A DNA stretch of 63,664 nucleotides, the filler included, from Conidiobolus incongruus B7586 (lineage: Eukaryota): assembly GCA_000697335.1 (NCBI GenBank). It is 8 parts of 8 records of this genome, joined end to end, with 100 filler letters (N's around TTAATTAATTAA, not from the genome) between each part and the next. Parts side by side here need not be neighbours in the genome. Positions count along the whole stretch, not along the records: positions 1 to 7,959 come from JNEM01000154.1; positions 8,060 to 16,969 come from JNEM01000155.1; 6 more parts are not named here. One strand, 5' to 3'. A program made the translations under genes and the position numbers. Positions 1 through 11,467 of the stretch are shown piece after piece (the stretch's first letter is position 1; the number at the start of each line of letters is the position of its first letter). The notes under the pieces were generated by a model. That model made no database searches. It worked only from the letters and a program-made list of their open reading frames with translations, and had not been told where the DNA came from.

Positions 1-3000
1 AATAAAAATATTATCTTTTATATTAAAATATTTATAATTAAAGTTTTAGTAAAATATTATTAATATTAGATTATATATCTTAATTATCTAATTTTACTAA
101 ATTAATGCTGGAAATTAAGATAATAATATTAAATTATATTATAAAATTAGAAGAAAAAACAATTAATTTTCTTATTATTTATTTTATATAATAATAAAAG
201 TTAGCTTTTTTTAAAAATAATTTTTAGATAGTTTAAATAAAATATAATAAATATAATTAAGAAAAAAAAATAAAAAATATTATAAATTAAAAAAAATTAC
301 CAAATTTAATATTAATAAATTTATTATTTTGGTTTTAAAATATATAATTAAAAGAATAATAAAAAGAATTAATATATATATATATATATATATTTAAAGT
401 CAAAATATAAAAAACAATATTAAAATAGTTAAATAGCATTTATAAGAAAAATTACTTAACAAAATAAAAGAATAATATTGATATAAAGTTTTTATTTATT
501 ATAAGTATCATATAAACAAAATATTTTGCAGCTATATATATTTACATATATAACTTTAATTTAGCAAGCTTTTCAAATATCTTCAATATCATGTAAAAAT
601 GGATCAAGGTATCAATAATGATACAAATACACTCTTTCGCTATCTAACACTTAATCAAGCTGATCTCCCGGGATTAGGGTTGTGGCTTATCCCCTTGGGG
701 TTTCTGGACTGCATGCAAGGCCTGAACAAGGGTGATCAAATTTGATCAACTTAGGACAAGTTTAATTGTAAGCGATAGACAAGTTGATTGGAATGATCAT
801 GTGGAATTTAAGATTAAATGATTGGATAGTAGTGAAAAGATAATGGACTTTTTTGCGCCAACTTATATTATAGATGTCTATTTGAAAAAGGGTCTGTAAT
901 TATTAAATTTAAGGATAATAAAAATGTGAATAAAAAAATACTTTTGAATAAATATATTATAAAAAAATTATACACTTAAACTAGCTATCTTACGTCTAAA
1001 TAATATCATGGTGTGAGTTATCGTTTTATCAATTTATAGTTATTATTAAAACGCTTTTGGATATATAATTTTGAAATTTGAGTTGAATAAAATTTACTCA
1101 ACTATATAAGGTAATAATTATTAATTAGAAAAACAAAATAACATTATATTTTAATGTATATATAAAAATTAAATATCGTATTTTGATTGTTCTATATAGC
1201 TCAATTGAATAATATATAACTAAAATATGAAATCATAACTTCTAATTTGCAAACCAAAGCCCTATTTAGTATTTGAAAACAAATATCAACAATATTTGGG
1301 GAATCTCCAAAATAGATTATATAGTAAAGATTCAAAGAGAATATAGTTACCCTTTAATTCTATAATAACAAATCAAAATTAAGAAATTCAAAATATCTTT
1401 CAGAAACAGGATTGAAGTAATGATTACAAAAATTGAATTCTTTTTTTCATTATATAAACATTGAATGGGTAGTTTTAGTACATAACAATCTTTATCAATT
1501 CAAATTATCTCAAATAAAAAACCAAATTTAGAATTAAATAAAGAACAAAAATTTAAATATATAACTTTACGATGAAAATAAATATTATGTAATGATTTTT
1601 TAGTTTTCATAATATTAGTATTATATTATTATATGATTTGCTTAAAAATTGTAACTTTTTAAATAACCTGAAATTATTTTAAAAATACTTTGAAAATTTG
1701 ATTTTTTTAAATTGGCATATTAATCAATCTGGCTTGATAATTTAATTGTTTGAAAATATATTATATTTCACCAATTAAAACAATATACGTATACAAAGTA
1801 CTTATTCATAATGCTTTTCTTCATATTGGTAATTAACCTATATTTGATAATATATATCAAGACTGGGTACTTTGAAGTCCAACCCCTAAATATTAACACA
1901 ACTATCAAATTTATCCCTTTTGTTACAACTCTATAAAACTAAATCAACTTTCATCAAACAATTAATCAAATTATAACTTTATCAAATAATAAGTCACCAA
2001 CCAATCAAAGAATATTTACTTTAAACTTTGTGACCCATTAAAGAAATTATTCCCCCAACTATTTTTCATTTAAATTGGATCCAATATCAATACAACTCCA
2101 GCAAATTCCACAGTTTATATATTCTATTAATTACATTTGAACTTGATTTGATATCGCTTTCATGAATTAGAAGTTTATTTTTAATTAAGTACACTTCGTT
2201 TTGTTACAATATTTAAGACTTTCAATCAATTTAATAGTATTACATTACAGGCTTAAATAATTTGAAAATTTGAATTGAGCAGGGATTGCATCCACTAAAT
2301 TAAAAATAAATAATAAAGAAGTAATCGAATCTTGCTCACTTTTTTTAAATATTAAAAATTATTATCTTTAAATTTTTAATAATTTGTTAGTTTTTTTTTC
2401 TTTTAATAAAATTATAAAAATTATATTTAATAAAAATTAAAATAATATAAAAAAAAATTTTATAATATTTTTAATTCATTGTTCAATTTTAAAATTATAT
2501 AGATTGAAATAATTTCCTAATTTGTTAATTCAAATTATAACAAATATATTCAATTATTATAGTAGATAGATATATATTATTAATTATAACTTTATTATTA
2601 AGTTTTAATAGTATCAATTAAAAAAACTATAGCAATTTGCAATATTATCAAATAACTATCTATCAAACGTTTACTCATATTTTATTTAAAAAATCCTCTA
2701 TTTGATAAATATATGCTTTCTAAATTTAGTAAAAAATTGATATTTTATTTTGATTTTGACTCAATTTAATTTATCAAAAACTGAATTATTAAACACTAAT
2801 GAATTTTTCTTTTAAAATACACTTTAACAAAGTTATTAGGATAACAAAAAAGTTAAACTTGATTTTATAGTTATATGTTTTAATTTAATATGTAAAAAAT
2901 AGAGTTTTGATTAATAACAAATGATCTTAATATTTATGCTTAATAAAAATCTTTTTTATTATTTGAATTGACACACTACAGATATTTAATACGTTTTGAT

Positions 3001-3892
3001 GATCTAATAAGCCAATGAAATCATTTTTTCTTGATTAATTTTATTCGATTACAAATGAGTGGTGTTAGTAATGGAATTAAGCTTAAAAAATTAGAGGGGA
3101 TAATATATCAAGAATAATATTTTTATATTGATACATATAAACTCAATTTAAATATTAATCAATTATATATTTTTATAATAACTTTATTAATACTTAAAGA
3201 TATTGACTTCATTTTAGTTTATACAATCTAGTCTTAAAATCGATCAATTTCAATCTATTTGAACCGATTCAATAACATTTTGATAATCCTATTGTTTTTA
3301 GTGAAAGAAGGCAGATCAAGCTCATTGAATATGTCATTTTTAAACAATTCAAGCTTTATGGAATTAATGATAATATTATCATTAATTAATATTTCAAAAG
3401 CATTTATTCGTAGAAAATGAAGATAAGAATAGAACAACATCTAGCCACTTAATATTATTTATTTAGCTCAAAAATGACGAGTATATAATCAATAATGCAA
3501 CAAAATAAGGGAAAAATATCTTTAATTTTAGTATCATGAAATACAACCCAATAAATCTTAGACAAAGATAATTTTCTAATTATTGAAATTACTATATTTG
3601 ATCCAATTTTGTCAAGTCTTCCCTCACTCAATAATTCCTACTTGCCAAATTGACTCTTTTGAATCTTTCTAAATTTAATTATTCATTCTGCTCTCGTTCT
3701 CATTACTTTTTCATTAATCGATAACTTATTAAACGCTCTATCCTATATCTTTTCCCTTTAACTAGTTATTTTTATTACCTTCTAGACTGCTTCTTACTGG
3801 TGTTATATCTTGTTTTTTTTCAATTCTCCAAAATAATTTTGCTCAAGCTGAATTCAAGACAAACTGAAGAACCTTTCGACCCGCAGAACTCT

Positions 3893-4333
3893 ATGTCATC
3901 CGCTTATTCTCTCCCATATCCCAAATTCAAATCACCCATCACACCAACTGATTACAATTCTGTACTACAATCGGGTCTGGACAAATTAAACACTCCCTCC
4001 AAAAGCCTATGCCGACAAGTGCTCCTACTCAATACAGTAGACCGACTGGTTGAAGAATCAGCCAAGTCCAGTACACAATACTACCACTGGCGACGAAAAT
4101 TATCAGAGAAATTGTTTAGGGTAAATTGTAGTACAAGCTTAGACGTAGCACTCAATCAGCTTAATAACGTCGGGAACAAGGTTAAAATAGACGAATTATC
4201 TCAATTATTATGTGGTTTAAAAATTGATACGAGTTCAAGTTGGAAAAAGGAAGATTTCCAAGGTGATAAATTACTTAGAAAACTCATGCATAAATCCATT
4301 GGTAAACCTTTCAAAGCCAAACTCAAACGCTAA
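3893..4333 (+). CDS. Small hypothetical protein (146 aa) with a SERTA-like helical motif
   Basis: GC-elevated ORF; first ATG at 3893 (the track starts at a GTG at 3800). SVLQSGLDKLNTPSKSLCRQVLLLNTVDRLVEE resembles the SERTA pattern (SL.KL...PSL.R.VL..NT..R..EE). Confidence 0.65.
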   Translation: MSSAYSLPYPKFKSPITPTDYNSVLQSGLDKLNTPSKSLCRQVLLLNTVDRLVEESAKSSTQYYHWRRKLSEKLFRVNCSTSLDVALNQLNNVGNKVKIDELSQLLCGLKIDTSSSWKKEDFQGDKLLRKLMHKSIGKPFKAKLKR

Positions 4334-7300
4334 ACTTGTACTTTCATTGATTCATTGAATCCCTAACATTATATGATTTATGTATAATGACGATAGTCAG
4401 TTGTTCTTCATTTCAACCGACTTTGGTCACTTTAGAAACGGGTACCCTTTCGCTTTTTCCCTGCCTCCTTCAAAAAGTCGTGGTATTAAGCGCTGGATGA
4501 GCTTTCGGACTCATAGGTCGGCCTTTCAAACATTCTTTACGCCGTTATTGACCTTGGACAAGGTCAAATTGGGTTTTATGTACTGCACATTAGATTTGTG
4601 AAAAACGTAACTAATTTCAGTATATTGTATATTGTTTTAAATATTTTTTTAAATAGTAATAATTTCAATATAAAATATAAAATATAAAATATAATATTTA
4701 AAAATGTATATTATATATTCTTTATTTATTGAATAGTAATTAGTTTATGTAGACATGATATTGGTTTATCATATGTATATTTTGATATTGATTAAATTAT
4801 GTGTATAATATCACGTATCATTGTAATAATAATCTCTCTTTAGAAATTTCATGAATTATACTAAATTACCTTACTTACTATCCTACAACATGACTCCCTC
4901 TCACCCTCCCCTCTCAATTTCCAATTTCTTCAACTTAAATCGTATGTATTAGACTCTATATCAACTCTCCACTTGAAATATTAAAAAATAAAAACGTACA
5001 TCATAAGAAGTAGAATATTGTATTAAAATAGGTTTATTTGAACTTTCTATACATATCACTAATCCAATATAAGACAAAATTTATAATTTCAATAGATCTT
5101 ACATTAATTTGTATTACTCTAAGTAAATAAAAACACCCAAAATAAAGGATATTGTCATCTTAATAATTCAAAGCACTTTTTAATTAAAATTATTTTTTTT
5201 ATAAATTTATTTTTATATTATAATCAGAAAAAATAATAAAATAAATTTAATAAAAAAAAATAATAATTTTAATTTTTTATATTTATATTTATTTTTTTTT
5301 ATTAGAATTAATTGGATAAATTAATAAGTTCTAATTAGTTATTTAATTTGGAAAAAAAATTAAAATTAATTCAAAAAAATTTTTTTTTATTTATTTTAAA
5401 TTTTTTATTCAATTTTTTAAAAAAAAATTAAAAAAATCATATATATATATATATATGATCTTAATAAAGTGAAATATTTCTAATAAATATTAATATTTTC
5501 TTCTAAATCTTATAATTAATCTTAATAATAAGAAATTTAAAATTTCATTCTTATTATCAAGTTTTATAATGTAATATTTTTTTTATTTTAATTAACGGAG
5601 ATTGAAATAATTAATTCAAGTAATATTTAACTAAATCAATATAAATTATAAAATTAATTATCTATTACATTTTTATTATCATCACTATTAATATTTTTTT
5701 ATTAATTTTATTATTATTATAAATGTTTTTACCTTTAAAGATTTTTTTAATGTGCGTTTATTTTTCAATATTATTCTAAATATTAATTTTAAATCCACTT
5801 ATCATCTAATTTGAATTAAATTTTTATTAGAAAATTTATTCAATAATTAATTTTTAAATACAAATAACTTTATCAATATTAATATTCAAAACATCGTCAA
5901 TACCATAGTAAAATAATATTATATATACTGCAATTTTAAATATAATATTAATATAATATTCATATTAATTCTAATTATTATTTATATTAATTATTAAAGT
6001 TTATTTTTTTTATTTTGAAAGATTTTAAATTGAAAAATAAAATTATAATATTTTTTGCGGATTATAATAAAGAGGAACCATTAAGTAATATGATAATTAA
6101 TAAAATAGTATAATATATTTAGTTATTTTAAAAAAGAATGTATTATAAAAGAGAATAATATGAAATGAGAATTAAGCTTAATTTTTGGCTAAAAATCATA
6201 CTATTTGTTTAAGTAAAATATTTTTTAAACCTTACTTGACTTGTTAAAATATATTTAATCAACTTTAATAATGAACTTCGTTAGAACAATATACTCTTTA
6301 TTACTATTAACAATAATGGAACGATTATCAAATATATATATCGCTCATTATCAAGTATTATTCATACAAATGATTTTGTATTAAGGTAAATTTTCACCAC
6401 TTTGAATCAAATTTAATATCTCAGTATTTTATCAGATGACCCTCAATCAAAAATCTTAAATTCAAAAATTAATCAAAATATTTAACTAAAAATATATATT
6501 AATCTATTTTAGTTTTAACACGTTCTTCAAACTTAGCTACATAAATCTTTAGTTATTGAATTATGTATTGTGGTGAATTTTATGAGGAATTTTTATTATT
6601 AAATTAAAACAACTATTGATAAATTGTCTCTCATTCAATTTTATAAATCTTCATCCTTTGAATTTTGTAAATTAACTCAATTTTTATTAGTTCAAAAATT
6701 TTTTAAAATATATTAATTAAAAGTGAATATAAAGTAATAAAATAGACAAATATTCAAATGCAAGTCATCTAATTGATAAAACCAGCTAATTATTTTTGAC
6801 TAAAAACAATTTAAATTTTGCATCTTTTTGAATGTATATTTCTATTCAATTAAAAACATAATTAATACTTTTGAAAAAATTAAAATCTCACAATTCAAAA
6901 TACTTTTATTAATTAAATTAAATTATAATTTCATATAATTATTAAATATATATATGTAACTTGATAATTTTAATTTAAATATATTTAGATTATTTTTATT
7001 TTTATTTAAAAATTAATATTTTTTTTATTCAAGAAAATGAGTATCAAATTGAACTGGAAATTTATATTAGAGAACTGATAGTCAATGAGTTAACCATGAT
7101 TTACGGGTAAAAACTTTTAATTGTAAAGATTAACTAGACTTTTGTTAGCTTCTTTCACGATCTTCTTCCCTATTTGATTTGTTTAATACGATCTCTGATA
7201 TTAAAAAGGAAATAACCAAATTGAACTTTAAAAAAGTTAATCATAAAAATAACCGATATTTCACTTGTACTAGGTTATATTATGCTCTTAAAATTTGAAA

Positions 7301-7653
7301 TTTCTAGCTAAATATAATGAAAAGATCTGAAATAAATATTTTACAATTATTTTGTACTAAAATTATTATGTTGTTCTTTAAAACATTATATTGACAAAAT
7401 ATTTTAATATTTAAATATCGTATTTCATAATCAATATTCAACTAAATCCATATTTAATCATTCAATCTTCAATAAATAAAAAAACTATTATTTCTAATAT
7501 ATTTTAATTATAATATATTATATTTATTATTTGTAACTTTTATTTTAATTTTAGTAGAGTAAGTAAAAGATAAAATTTGGTTTTTAATCAAATTAAATAC
7601 AATTAATTATTTAACTTTTATAATAATTAATTTTAAGATTTAATTATTATTAT

Positions 7654-8460
7654 TATTAGTATAGAAATTAAATAATGGCACAAATTTAAAATTAAAATAA
7701 ATAAATTAATAAATAATATAAAATTAATAACCTCTTTTATTATTAATAACTCTTTTCTATACTTTTAGTAAATTTCTAATACTTAAATAATAGTACTTTT
7801 TTTATTAAAGACTAAAATTTAATATTTTATAAATTAATTTATTTGTTTACAGGAATTTTTTTCTTATAAGCTAATTTTTAATTATCTAAAATAATTATAA
7901 ATTATAGGTTATAATCAGGTGAATATATTAGATATAATAATTCTCTTTAGTTTTTTATANNNNNNNNNNNNNNNNNNNNNNNNNNNNNNNNNNNNNNNNN
8001 NNNTTAATTAATTAANNNNNNNNNNNNNNNNNNNNNNNNNNNNNNNNNNNNNNNNNNNNAAAATTAAATAATTATCTTAATTATTTATCTGTTTAATATA
8101 AAAGCTATAAATATTTAATATAATTTAAAAAATAATTTTGAGTAAAAGATTCATTTAATTTAATCAAACAATATTTAAGTTTATATCTATTTATTTTAGT
8201 AAGTATAAAGTAAGATTTATATTTAAAATTTGGAGATATAAGGTTAAAATATAATAATCCTTAAAAACTAAAAAATAATACCAATGACAATGCTTTTTTC
8301 TAGAGTTTAAGTCTTTATATAATTATATATTTTATTTTAATATTTATTACTATTAAAATAAAATTTCTAAAGTTTATCTTAAGCCAAAATATGTGATTTA
8401 TATATAAAAACCTTTTATTGATTTTCATAGCATATTTAATTAATGACCTAAGTGAATATT
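7654..8460 (-). mobile_element. Degenerate mariner (Tc1/mariner) transposon, copy 2, spanning a scaffold gap
   Basis: Minus strand reads YLIYSPDYNL (mariner LPHPPYSPD motif) at ~7905-7940 and *KRVINNKRGY* (RWQKVI..G.Y C-terminus) at ~7728-7760. TIR-like TATTAGTATAGAAATTAAATAATGGCAC at 7654. Aligns by eye with 16560-16790. The boundary near 8460 is approximate. Confidence 0.7.
7960..8059. other. Scaffold gap with artificial six-frame-stop linker (N44-TTAATTAATTAA-N44)
   Basis: Identical 100-nt pattern also at 16970-17069, 25577-25676, 35576-35675, 42695-42794, 54114-54213 and 62116-62215. Confidence 0.97.
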
Positions 8461-11400
8461 ACTTAATACTTCTAGATCCTTATAGAGACAGTGACTTTAG
8501 TGGCCTCAACACTTTACTATGAATATTTCATAAATTAATATCATTAGATTATAAATAAAAATGGCTAATTATTCACTATTTATTATAGTTGCTGAGTTAT
8601 AAATGATTGCACAATCATTAAACTCAACTTTCAGTCTTACAGTAAGATCAATATTGGATTTAATCTCAATTATATCAATCTACTAAGTATTTGTTAACTA
8701 AAAACTAGAATATATATATAATTAAATCACTCTTTTCTTAATATATGGATGGAAAGCATTACAAAGTATTCATATTATTTTCCATCAAGCTAATTGATTA
8801 ATCTTTAACACTTCATGTCTGCTGGGAGATAGCCTTGCAACAAGGATCAAGTAAATTCAATAAAACAGGCTAATGGTGGTTAATAGGATACTTTAAAGGA
8901 TTTTATTAAATATTAATCTATAGGGCTTGATCATGATCGAAGCAATCCCCAAGTAAATATGTGCAAATTAGTGATTTAATAGTATTATCAGTTCTTAGGA
9001 CTATTTTTGTAAAAACTAATTATATTACTATCCCGAATTTCACATCGTACAACTATCTAGAATGTTATTTGTGTGTGTGGATTAAATTCGGAATAATGAT
9101 AGATGATTTAAGTTGTATTGCAAGTGGACCCCTGATCAGTGACAAAAATAAATTTTACACATTTCAATTAATTTAATTCAATAATAATTTTATAAAAAAT
9201 TTCTATTTTATTTTCTTTTATCCAACTTTTTAAGATGATAATATTGGAAACAATTTTATACATTTTTGTAGAATTGATTAATCCATTTTGAATTTATCAA
9301 TTGTTCTAGTTTAGCCATCTTATTCTTAGAATAATTTATCCAAATACTTTTACAAGCAGATCTTAATATTGTGATTAACATTCAGCTAGAAATTACTTTA
9401 TCAAATGTAATGAAATCTATAATGGTATATACAAGTCATAGAAATATCTTTTAATAATAAAAAACTAATAGTGTTCTTTGCTTTAATGTTGTTATAAAAC
9501 TTAAGACCAAATTCATTGCTATTTTTATCATTATTTTTAAAAAATAAAATCCAATTAATCTCATTGGGGGTTAAATCAATTATAAAAATTGATTAAAATA
9601 TTTGAATTGGATCACTTTCATATCATAATTTATTAATTTTAATAATTATACTAAAGAAAACTGTTAAGTAATATTAGCTTTGATTAGTATTTAGTTAATA
9701 TTAATTCTACTGTCTATTTGAATGTTTTATTTCCAATAATTAAAAACTCAACTATATATTAGAAAATTAAATATATATTAAATTATTATGTAAATTATAT
9801 TTTAGTATTAAAATCAATGGCTAACAAATGAAGAATATTTGCAAGGATATGATTGAACAATATCTTGATATGATGCTCATATATTGTGCTTGTTAATTGG
9901 TGAATTTCTCAAAAAAAATATTGAAAAATCGAAAATTTGGAAGAATTTTATAAATATCTGGTATTATATTACATCATATAAAAACTATATATGGGTTCCA
10001 AATATTTATAAATAACCATTGAAAGTAATATTCAAATTTTCAGCCTATATATCACTTGATATTATATAAAAAATTCATAATGCGAAGTGATATATTTTTT
10101 ATTTTTGATATTTTAAATTAATCAAGGAAGATATTGGAAAAGTTTTATTTGTTATAAATATATTAAATGTTTCATTAATAATTTACCCATATCAAAAAAG
10201 AATATTAGAAAAATTTAATATTAAATGAATTATATTTTGAAAATTAATATTCGAATTAAACGGATAAAATGATTAGCATTTTTAAAATAATTACTATAAA
10301 GATTATTTGTAATCAACTGTAATTCTACATTTATCAATCATTCATTACAATTGGATTGATTAAAACAATTGAATAATGCATAGAAAACAATGGTATAAAT
10401 CAAATAAAGTATAATGACAACGCATGGCTCCACCTCAATATCAAGACTATTAGGTATATCTATTTTATGATTATTGACAAATTCAAAACTGAGAATGCAT
10501 TACCTTATGTGTAATATGTGGCCTAGAGTCAATTAACATGCAAATTTCGAGTTAATGTTAGAATTGAAAATAATAAATTCATTGGTATTTTACAGTTTCA
10601 TTGTAACTATACAGTTACGATTATTACATCAAGAGCTTTATATATTATTACTCATCGAATAGTTGATTTTAGAGTGAAAATTATCATCCACTTGTTTACA
10701 ATTAAACTGAGAATTAAAGATTTAATAATATTAAATTCTATTAATTTAACCTTTTTATTAAAACAAGATTAATATCGGAATATTAAGATAACAAATCACA
10801 CTATCAATTAAGAATTGATTAAAATCAATCAAATTTAGCTCATGAGTATAAAAATAGATTGTAAATATTGATTAAGTTAATCAGATTTTATGATCTTCAC
10901 ATAATAGGAAAAAATTGAATGTTTTTTAATTGATATAATTGATATTTTCTAAAATATTATTAAACCTTAAAATTATGTATAATTCCTTGAATAATGAGCT
11001 ATAATATATCAAATTTATAAAGATTTTTCATTATTCAATATAACAAGATGTCTTAGGAGTTTATTTAATAAATTTTGGAAATTTTTGAATACCTGAATCA
11101 ATATTTGATTATTATTATTATTATAAATCATCATTTAACAAATTTTCTTAATTTATTCTAAGTAATAAATATTTCTAAAATTAGAATATAAATGAATAAT
11201 AGCTAAATCAATTCTAAAACAATTAACAATTGAAAAAACAATGTAATGATTGTAATAAATATAATAATATTAAAAATTGATTCACTTAGCATTTAAAACA
11301 GTATAATTTTTTATTTTACATTATTGTTAGCTATTTAAAGGTATTATAGTTCAGTACTGAATAAATTAAGTAAGCTAAATACTGAGCTTTGGCATTATTT

Positions 11401-11467
11401 TTCTATTACAATTTTAACTTTGTTATAAGTGTTCTTTACTCATACCAATTTAAGTATAATTTTTTCA

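Noticed and set aside
372..393. (TA)n microsatellites (also ~5438, ~25164 and ~62452)
   Set aside because: Expected in such AT-rich DNA.
640..790. TPP riboswitch, 5S rRNA or SRP RNA
   Set aside because: Diagnostic motifs (CUGAGA, 5S boxes, SRP helix 8) were not found on either strand.
4385..4430. SECIS element (ATGAC hairpin in a 3'UTR)
   Set aside because: No tandem GA/GA quartet or apical AA, and the upstream ORF has no in-frame TGA.
7960..8059. TTAATTAATTAA palindrome recurring seven times about every 7-11 kb
   Set aside because: Always centred in N44/N44; an assembly linker with stops in all six frames, not biological. Adjacency across these gaps is therefore uncertain.
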